From a bacterium (GTDB lineage: Bacteria > Zhuqueibacterota > Zhuqueibacteria > Residuimicrobiales > Krinioviventaceae), in NCBI GenBank assembly GCA_963674595.2, contig CAXXFV010000016.1, positions 160,001-224,000 of the forward strand: 64,000 nt of DNA, read 5' to 3'. Below are positions 40,494 through 50,024 of this stretch, piece by piece. The translations under genes were made by a program, and so were the position numbers. How positions within the stretch are numbered: the first letter of the stretch is position 1; each line of letters begins with the position of its first letter. The notes beneath the pieces were generated by a model. That model had not been told where the DNA came from. It saw nothing but the letters and a program-made list of their open reading frames with translations, and searched no databases.

Positions 40494-41405
40494 ATGAACA
40501 GAAGAGATTTTTTTACAGCCGGACTTGTCGCCGGAACAGCAGCGGTAACCCTTTCACACAAAACTGCAAAGGCAGAAGAAATGGAAAAACATAATTTTAA
40601 ACTAAAATATGCCCCTCATTTCGGCATGTTTAAAAATCTTGCCGGGGAAGATTTGATTGATCAGATTAATTTTATGGCAGATGTTGGATTTCGTGCTATG
40701 GAAGATAACGGTATGAAAGGGCGCTCCATAGAAACGCAGGAAAAAATTGCCAGGGAAATGACAAAACGCAACATGGATATGGGAGTGTTTGTTGCCCATA
40801 AAATATACTGGAAAGAACCAAATCTGACCAGTGGTGACGTTGATAAACGCAACGAATTTTTAACACAAATCAAAGAATCTGTTGAGGTCGCAAAACGTGT
40901 CAATGCCAAATGGATGACGGTTGTACCCGGGCATGTGGATTTGCGTCTGCATATAGACTATCAGACGGCAAATGTTGTGGAAGCGCTCAGATATGCCAGC
41001 GACATTCTGGAGCCTCATGGTCTCGTTATGGTTTTAGAATCATTGAATTTTTATAATCACCCCGGGCTGTTTTTAAAGACAATACCACAAGCCTATAATA
41101 TATGTCGGGCTGTCAATAGTCCTGCCTGTAAAATATTGGATGATCTTTACCACATGCAAATTCAGGAAGGAAATTTGATCCCCAATATTGATATGGCCTG
41201 GGACGAAATTGGATATTTTCAGGTCGGTGATAACCCCGGACGTAAAGAACCGACTACCGGGGAAATTAATTATTTAAATGTTTTCAAACATATCTATGAA
41301 AAAAATCCGGAAATAATCATTGGTATGGAACACGGAAATTTTGCTCCCGGTAAAGAAGGTGAACTGGCGGTTATAAAAGCTTATGCGTCTGTGGACAATT
41401 TTTAA
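40494..41405 (+). CDS. Tat-exported hydroxypyruvate-isomerase-like (AP_endonuc_2) TIM barrel protein
   Basis: MNRRDFF twin-arginine signal with AGGAG RBS; LESLN, DLYHMQ, DNPGRKEP and GMEH. Confidence 0.9.
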   Translation: MNRRDFFTAGLVAGTAAVTLSHKTAKAEEMEKHNFKLKYAPHFGMFKNLAGEDLIDQINFMADVGFRAMEDNGMKGRSIETQEKIAREMTKRNMDMGVFVAHKIYWKEPNLTSGDVDKRNEFLTQIKESVEVAKRVNAKWMTVVPGHVDLRLHIDYQTANVVEALRYASDILEPHGLVMVLESLNFYNHPGLFLKTIPQAYNICRAVNSPACKILDDLYHMQIQEGNLIPNIDMAWDEIGYFQVGDNPGRKEPTTGEINYLNVFKHIYEKNPEIIIGMEHGNFAPGKEGELAVIKAYASVDNF

Positions 41406-41426
41406 TATTTTTTGCCCCGCTGTTAT

Positions 41427-44400
41427 TTAACGGTGGGGCAATTCCAGTTTAATCTCGATAAACTCTGCTGATACCTGATATTGTTCCTGCCTGACCATCG
41501 GCAATGCCAGAATAGCTTTTTTATACTCTTCCAACTGTTCCGGTTGGTAATGCTCCCCGGTTTTAAAATCAATAATAAGAATTTGTTTCTTTTGCTGGTC
41601 GATCAGCAAACGGTCTATTCGCAGCTCCCGTCCGGTAGTAGAAAAAATAGTATATTCTGTAAAAACCTGCCACCGGGAAGAAAACAAATCAGAGTTTTGG
41701 TCTATAAAGCTGTTTATTTGATCCAGTAATTGGGTGATTTCCTGAGGAGGTATTAACGTACCATAATAACTGGTGGTTTGGTTTTTAGCCTCCTGTCTTT
41801 CCCGGTCATCCGCATAGGTCAGAAAAGACAGATAATAATGTGCAATATTACCTTTGTCAATGGATTTCTTTTTGAGAAACAGGGACTTGAAATCGACATA
41901 ATTTTCCTGCTCAATTCGCTCAACATCCGTTTTTAAATAACGCTCCCGGTCAGGTTGGAAAAAATCCGGTACGAAATCCAATTTTTTGTCGGATTGATCT
42001 TTTTCCTTATAATCTTGGTCTTTATAGGTGCCGATATAACCAATATGGGTATCATCTTCATTTACCTGCCACACACCAAATTGTGATATATTATTAAAAG
42101 TGACATGTGCCAACAGCCGTTCGGCTGACGGATTGTTCTCGGGCGAAGCTGCTTCAAATAGTTTTTCCAATCCGCCGGATTTTTTATAGGAAAATCCCAG
42201 AAACAGGTTCGTTTTTGCACGTGTTACTGCGACGTAAAAAGTATTTAGAGCTTCTATATATTCACGGTTTTGCTGCATTTCTCCCAGTTCTTTTTCCTCT
42301 GTCCTGTCCAGCAAATAATCATAATTATATGTAAGCAGGTATTTTTCAAACTGCGAATAATCTTTTGCGTATTTTATATAGTGTTCCAGTTTTCCTGTTT
42401 CATTTCCGCCGGTTGAGGACAGGTTTATATAAAGATAAACATTTTCAAATTCCAGACCTTTTGATTTGTGGATGGTCAACAAATTTATGGCGTTTGTTGT
42501 TTCCAAACCGATTTGCTGTAGGTTTTCGTTATCTTTGTTTTTGTCGCAATATTCCAAAAATCCTTTTAAAGAGTGGTCTTTTTCACTGGATGATTTTTCA
42601 AACGTTGAAATGATTTCAAAGAAATAATTAAGATTTTTCAGGTCGTTTTCCTGTGAAAAAATGTGACCCATGTTAAATGTTTCAACGATTTTTTTAATCA
42701 GAATAAAAATTGAGGAACCGGATGCTCCTGCAAGGGCAGAGGTGTATATATCCAACAGCTCGTTGACCTTTTTAACCGCGTTTAAATGTGAAAAAGCAGA
42801 TAAAATATTTGAACGATTTTTTCCATCCGTGTCTCTGGTGTAAAGCAGGATTTGTTTCAGTTCATCGGGATGGAGGAGAACAATATCGGACCGGAGAAAT
42901 TTTAAAAAGTCAATAATGTCATGATATACAAAATAATTCAAAAGGTAAAATATCGGTTTTATGGCACGGTACTCAACGATAGAGTTGGAAGATTCCAGAA
43001 TATAATCAAATCCGGATTCATCAAGAATAAATGCAATGCGCTGCAGGTCGCTGTTTTTTCTCGCCAGGACCACTGTTTCAGCCGGATTAATGGTGTTTGA
43101 GTTTAAAAGCGGAATTAAATCCGAATTGATGAATTCACGAATGGCCTGTTCTTCTGTTGATGGCGTGTCGTTATCCGTTCCTGAGGCTGAAAAATTATGA
43201 AACCGGGTATGTATGTATCCCTGTTTTTTGTCATGCACGGTTTCTATCGGGTCATAGGGCCAGTTTATTTTGTTTTCTTCAAACATCTGATGTAATTGAG
43301 GATTTGAGAAAATATTATTGATAAAAGAGATAATATTGCTGTCACTTCTGTATGAAACGTTTAACACCTCGTGCAGTGCATGTCCCAGAATGTCGGGCAT
43401 ATTCAACAGCAGGTCTCTTTCGCCGCCCCGCCAGCCGTATATGGATTGTTTTTCATCACCCACTAAAATAGCGCCGCCATAGTTTCGAACACCTTCACCA
43501 CTGATTACCTCCTTGATAATCGGCCACAAAATTTTGTATTGAATAATGCTCGTGTCCTGAAATTCATCAATAAGGATAAAACGTATAACGGTGGACAGAT
43601 ATTCATAAAAGGCATTTGAAACGGTATCGTGATCGATGAGGGAAAGGTCCGGATTGTAAAGATATTTAAACGTATAATAAGAAATATCGTTATAGGCGAA
43701 TCGCCGGTCTCGGAATTTTATTTCATCGTAGCGGTCCAATACCAGATCGGCAATTTTTAAAATTTCATTTTCTTCCTTTAGCAGTTCGCTGTAAAAGAGA
43801 TATTGCCCTGCTCCGTTTAATGCATTGTCCATGCCGTTTTTCAGCTCATCCAGCAAATCTTTTTCTGCCTTTTTGCGAAACAGTTTACTGCCGTTCCAAA
43901 ATGTTTCCAGGGTTATCAGGCTTTTATGGTTTTCCAGAATAAAGTTTTCATCTTTAATCTTTTTGAATAGTGTATTACAAAATTCATCGAGTGTGGCAGG
44001 GTCCTGATTGTTGAAAAACAGTTCCTTTGTTTGCTTTTTTAAAAGTTCGCAAATTTCTTTTGCCGGGTGTTCGGTTTGGACATAATTTTTAAATATACCC
44101 AGCACTTTACTATAGTGCGTTTCAAGCGCCATTAATCCGGCGGTTTGCTGCTCCTTTATAAATTCAGTCGTCATTGTTTTTGGCGTCTGTTTTATAAAAT
44201 GAAAAACCCAGCGATTGTATAAAATCGACGAAATCAGTTTTTCATAATCCTGGATTTTTTTTCGTCCCGAACGCAGAAAAAAAGACTCGAAGGATTTCAG
44301 GTTTTCTTCCTTACCGAGGGTTGTCTGGAAAATATCGGCAAACAGGTCCTCATCCTGGGAATTGTCAATTTGATATTCCTGCAATCCCAGATAAGGGGCG

Positions 44401-44780
44401 ATGATTGTTTTGAAAATGGTGTTTGTAAAAGAATCGATGGTGCTTATTTGTACCTTGTTTTTGTTACGCAGCATATCCTGATAAATGCTTTTTAAATAGA
44501 TGAGATCGCTGTCTGTAAATTCCAGATGGAGTATTGATTCCAGGTTTTGTACCAATTCTTTTCCGTCCGGTGTTGACGTGGTAATGTCCAGCAAATGGCG
44601 GAAAATACGTTCTCTAATTTCGGCAGTTGCTTTTTTTGTAAAAGTGATGACCAGAATTTCACTGAAATGAATACCCTGGTCTTTAAATTTTAAAAGCAGT
44701 CCTATAAATTCAAGGGAAAGCCGATATGTTTTACCCGTTCCGGCGCTTGCTCTGATGATTTTATTGATCGTATTTTCCAC
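41427..44780 (-). CDS. addA: AddA-type UvrD helicase-nuclease
   Basis: ASAGTGKT, ITFTKKAT.E, IDEFQDTS, VGDEKQSIYGWRG, TIHKSKGLEF and YVAVTRA; C-terminal RIDRL..IIDFKTG nuclease. Confidence 0.88.
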   Translation of the reverse strand: MENTINKIIRASAGTGKTYRLSLEFIGLLLKFKDQGIHFSEILVITFTKKATAEIRERIFRHLLDITTSTPDGKELVQNLESILHLEFTDSDLIYLKSIYQDMLRNKNKVQISTIDSFTNTIFKTIIAPYLGLQEYQIDNSQDEDLFADIFQTTLGKEENLKSFESFFLRSGRKKIQDYEKLISSILYNRWVFHFIKQTPKTMTTEFIKEQQTAGLMALETHYSKVLGIFKNYVQTEHPAKEICELLKKQTKELFFNNQDPATLDEFCNTLFKKIKDENFILENHKSLITLETFWNGSKLFRKKAEKDLLDELKNGMDNALNGAGQYLFYSELLKEENEILKIADLVLDRYDEIKFRDRRFAYNDISYYTFKYLYNPDLSLIDHDTVSNAFYEYLSTVIRFILIDEFQDTSIIQYKILWPIIKEVISGEGVRNYGGAILVGDEKQSIYGWRGGERDLLLNMPDILGHALHEVLNVSYRSDSNIISFINNIFSNPQLHQMFEENKINWPYDPIETVHDKKQGYIHTRFHNFSASGTDNDTPSTEEQAIREFINSDLIPLLNSNTINPAETVVLARKNSDLQRIAFILDESGFDYILESSNSIVEYRAIKPIFYLLNYFVYHDIIDFLKFLRSDIVLLHPDELKQILLYTRDTDGKNRSNILSAFSHLNAVKKVNELLDIYTSALAGASGSSIFILIKKIVETFNMGHIFSQENDLKNLNYFFEIISTFEKSSSEKDHSLKGFLEYCDKNKDNENLQQIGLETTNAINLLTIHKSKGLEFENVYLYINLSSTGGNETGKLEHYIKYAKDYSQFEKYLLTYNYDYLLDRTEEKELGEMQQNREYIEALNTFYVAVTRAKTNLFLGFSYKKSGGLEKLFEAASPENNPSAERLLAHVTFNNISQFGVWQVNEDDTHIGYIGTYKDQDYKEKDQSDKKLDFVPDFFQPDRERYLKTDVERIEQENYVDFKSLFLKKKSIDKGNIAHYYLSFLTYADDRERQEAKNQTTSYYGTLIPPQEITQLLDQINSFIDQNSDLFSSRWQVFTEYTIFSTTGRELRIDRLLIDQQKKQILIIDFKTGEHYQPEQLEEYKKAILALPMVRQEQYQVSAEFIEIKLELPHR

Positions 44781-47654
44781 TTATGCCTCGGTTTCTGCGT
44801 TGTTTTTGTGCAAGGATAAGAACAAATCTTTTCTCGTAATCTCAGGCCATTCTGTTAATTGACTTTTTTGCGACGGAATAAAAAAGCCGTTATTTGTTAG
44901 CTTTTGCAAAGTGACAAGCGTATCAGCTTTGAACTGGTCGAATATTTGTTGTTTGCTCATGTTCCGTTTTTTAGTGTTTAAAAGTTCTGTCTCTTTTGCG
45001 TCAAATAGCTGGTAGAAAAAAGATTTTACCTGGTCTGTTTTTTCGGGATGTGTCAGCAGAAAATAAAACAATTCATAAAAAACAAGCTGATCACCATCAA
45101 AGCCGCCGGTCTTGTAATCTATAATATAATGCTGCTGTTTTTCGGGAATGTTGATGCGCAGGTCCGCACGGCCCCGTATTTTGATATCCATGACGAGTGC
45201 GTTTTCATCTGCTTTTAAAAAAGCTTTTGCGCTCTGTTCATCCCTTTGGGCATACTCTTTTTCCGGCAAAATCTCCATCGCTGCATTTGCCGGTTTTAAT
45301 CTGTTCATAAATTGAAAAAAGGAAACGATTCCATCGGTGAGAGAGGGGACGAGTATTTTTTCAAAATAGATTTTAGCATGGTTGTGCGGCAGTTTATAAA
45401 AGTAATGTATCTGTTGAATCGTTTTGAAAATTGTTTTACTGATAAAATCCGCTTTAATGGAACCAAAATCATAACCAAATAACGGACCGGCGCATGTTTC
45501 ATCCAAATTGTTCCATACTCTGGTAATAATATCATGGGCCAGATTACCGATCAGTTTGTTTGAAAAATCATTTTCAGCTTTTTTGAGCTTGTCCTGCAAG
45601 CCGCATATATGTTTTATATAAAAGATAAAAGGGTTTTCTTTAAGAGATTTGTATCGATAGTGAGTCAGCAAAAAGTCATTTTGCGGGAAATCGGTTTTTT
45701 TGTCCAACGGTATTTTGTAAAAGGATGGGCTTGTCGTATCTGATATAGTGTTATAGGATGAATCCTGAGATAGAAAACGGTTATAAAATCCTTTGTAATT
45801 CTCCTCCGTTAAAATGTTATAATGGACCCGTTCTTTCGGAAGGATTTGAACCAGTTCTTCCACAAAAGAGCTCGAGTCAATATTTTTATCCATGTTTTTC
45901 AACGTATATAAAGAAACATGTTCCGAGTTTGCAACCAAACGGAAAAAGTAATATTTTTCCCGTAATTTAATGTCATCATAGGTTTTGAGACCGAGGATTT
46001 TTCGCTGTTTTTCTGTAAATAAAAACGGCACCTGACGTGCATAGGGAAGTTTGCCCTCGATGACATTCAAGATAGAAAGATTATTATAGGAGAGGTTGCG
46101 GGTGGCAAACAGGTCTGTTATATTCATTTTCGAACCGGACCCTGCATCAAAATTTACTTTAAGGGTCCGGGATTTCATATATTCAAGAAATAATTTGAGC
46201 AGGCCGACAGCATCTTTATAGATAAAAGCAGGACTGTATGGATTTAAAGCAGCAGACCAATCATTGATTAAATTTAAATTTTCCAGGGATTGAAAATCGG
46301 ATAAAAGATTGTAAAAAACTTCCCGAATATTTGTGTGTTTCTTTTCATGTTCCGTTATTATCGGTTCAATTTCAATATAATCCGGGTTATCAATCCATTC
46401 GATAAAATCGGAAATTCGATGCAAACGGCCGGCTTTTTTGCAAAATTCCAGTATGGATTCGATTGTTGCTTTTTCATCGCTCTGAGCAAGCTGTTTTAAA
46501 AATTCGCCTTCAAGATCAAAGTATTTATAATCGGATTCCACCTGTTTGTATAAAAAGTTAAGGACATTTTCCTGCTGTGTATATTCCCGTCCATCCGGTG
46601 TGTTTGATATGAATTTAAAAAAAGGCACACATAAAATTGATTTAATTAAATTATTAATCGGCAGGAGGTTTTTTCTTCTGTTTGGTTCATAAATGATACT
46701 CTGCAGCAGGTCAAAACAGGTGTTGAAAAACTGGTAAATAGATGTATCCGGGAATTTAAAACCCGGTCGGATATTGAATTTTTCCGGTGATAAAAATGCA
46801 GAGTAGGGGTTGTGGAAAAAATCAATGTCAACAATTTCATCTGTCTGTGTTTTGTCCAGGTTGCCCACAAGAGTATTCATCATTGTAAAATTGTTCGGGC
46901 ATTCATAAATATAAAGATTTTTTAATTCAAGCGGCTCGTGTTTTTGAATTGTAAAATCTTTTATGTTCAGGTTTTCCCTGTCTACATAGTGCGGAGATAA
47001 CTGGTATATAACTGTTATGTTTTTATGCTGCTGATCTAAAAAATGAAGGACCGCTTTTTCAAGGTTTGTATAATAAAATTGATTGACAAAAATAAAATCT
47101 TTAAAAGAATCTATATAAAATGATTCAAGGTTGTTTTTGGTATGTGTAAAAATTTTATCGTTTAGATTATTCTTTTCTAAAAAAGATTTATATCGGCGTT
47201 TCAAGTTTAAAAGATGTTGAAATGTTTCCTGCTGCCAGCCCAATAACTCTGAATCGTTTTTGAGAAAATAGTCAGAGTTGATCTTTTCAGGAACACATTC
47301 CTGATTGAATTCTTCCCACAAGCTGAAAAAGTTTTGTGCGAGTTCGATAAACTGGAAATAGTTGTTAATTTTGAAAAACTTTTTTTCTGTTTCTGAAAGA
47401 CAGGCATAAAGGGCCAGGGTTCGTTTTTCTTCTTTCAGCAATGGTTCTTTGGGTAAAAAAAGCCGGTTTGTAAATTCTTCCATTGTTAAAAACAGGGTTT
47501 TGCTGAATGTCCATGTTTTATGGAACTGTCTGACGGCTTTTAACTTACCGGCTTCAGATGGAAATACAAGTATGGTCGGATTTTTTGTAATCCTGCCAAG
47601 GGCTGTTTCAACCACTGATTCTTTATATGTTAAAAATTGCAGGTTAATTGACAT
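44781..47654 (-). CDS. addB: AddB-type inactive-helicase/PD-(D/E)XK nuclease subunit
   Basis: Abuts addA; C-terminal GNLAH...RGRADLRI...IIDYKTG...QLVFY; no Walker A. Confidence 0.75.
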   Translation of the reverse strand: MSINLQFLTYKESVVETALGRITKNPTILVFPSEAGKLKAVRQFHKTWTFSKTLFLTMEEFTNRLFLPKEPLLKEEKRTLALYACLSETEKKFFKINNYFQFIELAQNFFSLWEEFNQECVPEKINSDYFLKNDSELLGWQQETFQHLLNLKRRYKSFLEKNNLNDKIFTHTKNNLESFYIDSFKDFIFVNQFYYTNLEKAVLHFLDQQHKNITVIYQLSPHYVDRENLNIKDFTIQKHEPLELKNLYIYECPNNFTMMNTLVGNLDKTQTDEIVDIDFFHNPYSAFLSPEKFNIRPGFKFPDTSIYQFFNTCFDLLQSIIYEPNRRKNLLPINNLIKSILCVPFFKFISNTPDGREYTQQENVLNFLYKQVESDYKYFDLEGEFLKQLAQSDEKATIESILEFCKKAGRLHRISDFIEWIDNPDYIEIEPIITEHEKKHTNIREVFYNLLSDFQSLENLNLINDWSAALNPYSPAFIYKDAVGLLKLFLEYMKSRTLKVNFDAGSGSKMNITDLFATRNLSYNNLSILNVIEGKLPYARQVPFLFTEKQRKILGLKTYDDIKLREKYYFFRLVANSEHVSLYTLKNMDKNIDSSSFVEELVQILPKERVHYNILTEENYKGFYNRFLSQDSSYNTISDTTSPSFYKIPLDKKTDFPQNDFLLTHYRYKSLKENPFIFYIKHICGLQDKLKKAENDFSNKLIGNLAHDIITRVWNNLDETCAGPLFGYDFGSIKADFISKTIFKTIQQIHYFYKLPHNHAKIYFEKILVPSLTDGIVSFFQFMNRLKPANAAMEILPEKEYAQRDEQSAKAFLKADENALVMDIKIRGRADLRINIPEKQQHYIIDYKTGGFDGDQLVFYELFYFLLTHPEKTDQVKSFFYQLFDAKETELLNTKKRNMSKQQIFDQFKADTLVTLQKLTNNGFFIPSQKSQLTEWPEITRKDLFLSLHKNNAETEA

Positions 47655-47956
47655 AAACTGTCCTGGTGAACACGTGATGTTATAAATAAGATGTTTATAT
47701 GTTTAAGAGAAAAGTAAATTATAGGGGGAATAATTTCAAGTAAAATTAATTTAAGTATGTTTTTATTTTGCCGCTTGTGTATAAACGTTATCAAGTTTTT
47801 TAATAACAGTTGTTAATTTTTGTACGCATGAAAAATGACTGTTGTATTCTGGTTCCACGAGTTTTTTGTGTTATTTTGTGACCACTGTTTTTATTGTGTT
47901 TATTTGGTGCTTTTATGGGTTTATTTGCATCTGTTGTTTTGGTTTATTTAAATATT

Positions 47957-47973
47957 AAGGCATAAGGTTTGCT
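47957..47973 (+). promoter_or_regulatory. Sigma54 (-24/-12) promoter
   Basis: AAGGCATAAGGTTTGCT: GG (47959-60), N10, GC (47971-72), with GGCA and TTGCT matching the consensus TGGCAC-N5-TTGCW. Confidence 0.6.
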
Positions 47974-48013
47974 TTTGTTATGAATAAAGTTTCAATTAGC
48001 AACGGAGTTAGTC

Positions 48014-48097
48014 ATGACAAATAAAGAAAATATAATATGGGCCATGTTTTGGTTCGGAATCATTCTGCTGTCGGTCTATATTATATTGACATTATAG
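48014..48097 (+). CDS. 27-aa hydrophobic small membrane peptide
   Basis: MTNKENIIWAMFWFGIILLSVYIILTL; GGAG RBS 6 nt upstream; downstream of the sigma54-type promoter; not in the ORF track. Confidence 0.6.
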   Translation: MTNKENIIWAMFWFGIILLSVYIILTL

Positions 48098-48174
48098 CAA
48101 CCTGGAAAAAACACAAAACAGTTATATGAAAATATCGTGCGATTACCTTTTAAATCTGTTGGTTAGAATTTAAA

Positions 48175-49902
48175 TTATTTTTTTCGCCGGGGAACTGCTT
48201 TTCGAATATGCTTTTTACTTTCTTTTGGGTGTTCATTTTTCATAAAAAAAACATTGTGTTGTTTTCGCTTTTTATTGATGTCCCGCTCTACATAATATTT
48301 TTTATTTGTTAAAGGGTCTGTCCCGGTATAATAAATAACGGATGAAAGTGTCATGGGGAGTGGAATAAAAGATTGTACCTGTTCCGGAATGGTGTGGAAT
48401 AATTTGAAAATTTTGTTTTTCATTTCAACCATATCATGCATTGTGCTTCCGGGGTGGTTGGACATCAGGTAGGGAAGGGGATATTGCTTTTTACCCATCC
48501 GGTTTGTGGTGTCATTAAAATTTTGAATAAATTGTTCGAGTTCGATCAGCGGTGTTTTTCTCATGGCTGTGAGAACATTTGGATTGGTGTGCTCGGGTGC
48601 GATTTTTAATTGACCGCTGATAAACGATTTGACGAGTTTTTTGAAATTCGCTTTTGCATTTTGAGATTTAAAAAACAAATCAAACCGAATGCCCGAACCG
48701 ACCGTAACTTTGGAAATTCCTTTTTGGTTTTTTACTTTTTCCAATAGAGTTAACCAGCCGTTATTGTCCAACATCAGGTTTTTGCAGAGATTTGGAAAAG
48801 TACAACTTTCTCTCGGGCACTGCCAGTTAATTTTACATTGAAATCCATACATGTTGGCTGAAGGGCCGCCGATGTCGGTAATGTGCCCCTTAAAATAACC
48901 GGCCTGACTGATTTTTGAAACCTCTTTTAAAACGGATGACTCGCTTCGACTGATGATTCGTTTTCCCTGATGCAGCGATAATGAACAAAAAGAACAACCG
49001 GAAACACAGCCACGGTGTGCTGTAATGGAATTTTTTATCATATCAAATGCAGGAACCGGTTTTTCATAAGAAGGATGAGGCTTTCGCTGAAAAGGAAGAT
49101 CGTATATGTTATCCAGTTCGTTTGTCGTTATAGCAGGCGGTGAATTATGGACCAAATATCGTGTGCCGGATTTTTGTACCAGTGTTTTTTGCTGGTGGCG
49201 AAAGAATTTTCGATAGAATTCCAGAAATGTTTCTTTCGATTCGATGACTTGCTGTTCAGAAGGCAAATCCAAATATGTATTTTTAAGTGAATTTAAATCT
49301 TTGGAAAAAACAACGGTTCCCGGAATAGCTGTTAAAGGTTCCTGGTTTTTTAGCCGTTCGGCGATTGTTGCAATTTGCATTTCTCCCATACCGTAAACAA
49401 GAATATCCGCTCTGGTGTCGGCAAGTATGTTTCTTCGGACTTTGTTACTCCAGTAATCATAATGAGCAACCCGACGCATTGACGCTTCAAGGCCGCCAAT
49501 GACAATGGGGACGTCGTTAAAGGCCTGTTTGATCAGGTTACAGTAAACAATCAGAGCACGGTTCGGGCGATGTCCGGATTTTCCGCCCGGTGCATAGGGA
49601 TCATCGGACCGGGGTTTTTTAAACGCGGTGTATTTGCTTATCATGGATTCGACATTTCCCGACGTCACACCGAAAAAAAGTTTTGGTTTACCCAGGATTT
49701 TTACGGATTCCGGGTTTGTCCAATCCGGCATGGAGATAATACCAACCTTGTACCCCTTGCTTTCCAAAACCCTTCCGATTACCGCTGTTCCAAAGGCCGG
49801 GTGGTCTACATAAGCGTCACCGGTGACGAGGATTATATCCAGTTCGTTCCAGTTTTTTTTCTGCATCTCCCCTGGGCTGGTCGGTAAAAAATTGAAACTC
49901 AT
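48175..49902 (-). CDS. YgiQ family radical SAM protein (UPF0313)
   Basis: GDAYVDHP.FG, GGLEASMRR..HYDYW, HRGCVSGCSFC, GGPSANMY, KIAPEH and EQVQ.F.P. Confidence 0.93.
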   Translation of the reverse strand: MSFNFLPTSPGEMQKKNWNELDIILVTGDAYVDHPAFGTAVIGRVLESKGYKVGIISMPDWTNPESVKILGKPKLFFGVTSGNVESMISKYTAFKKPRSDDPYAPGGKSGHRPNRALIVYCNLIKQAFNDVPIVIGGLEASMRRVAHYDYWSNKVRRNILADTRADILVYGMGEMQIATIAERLKNQEPLTAIPGTVVFSKDLNSLKNTYLDLPSEQQVIESKETFLEFYRKFFRHQQKTLVQKSGTRYLVHNSPPAITTNELDNIYDLPFQRKPHPSYEKPVPAFDMIKNSITAHRGCVSGCSFCSLSLHQGKRIISRSESSVLKEVSKISQAGYFKGHITDIGGPSANMYGFQCKINWQCPRESCTFPNLCKNLMLDNNGWLTLLEKVKNQKGISKVTVGSGIRFDLFFKSQNAKANFKKLVKSFISGQLKIAPEHTNPNVLTAMRKTPLIELEQFIQNFNDTTNRMGKKQYPLPYLMSNHPGSTMHDMVEMKNKIFKLFHTIPEQVQSFIPLPMTLSSVIYYTGTDPLTNKKYYVERDINKKRKQHNVFFMKNEHPKESKKHIRKAVPRRKK

Positions 49903-49955
49903 AATATTGTTAATGTGATTTATCGTTGTTTTTTAAATGCTTTGTCAAGGTAAGC

Positions 49956-49990
49956 AAAAATAAAAGCCGATCAAAACAAAAATGATCGGC
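49956..49990 (-). terminator. Intrinsic terminator downstream of trxB
   Basis: Minus strand GCCGATCA-loop-TGATCGGC followed by TTTTATTTTT. Confidence 0.7.
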
Positions 49991-50024
49991 CAATAAAGTT
50001 TAATATAAATATTCGGTTTTTTGT

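Noticed and set aside
32564-47654. Lhr and UvrD/PD-(D/E)XK genes as an anti-phage defence island
   Set aside because: The architectures match housekeeping Lhr and AddAB repair enzymes, and there are no accompanying defence or mobile genes.
47776-47784. DnaA box (TGTGTATAA = TTATACACA) in an AT-rich intergenic region, possible oriC
   Set aside because: Only one good box, no cluster, and no dnaA/dnaN/gidA context.
49915-49950. TTGACA upstream of ygiQ as a promoter
   Set aside because: No convincing -10 hexamer at 16-18 bp spacing, so it is not reported as a feature.
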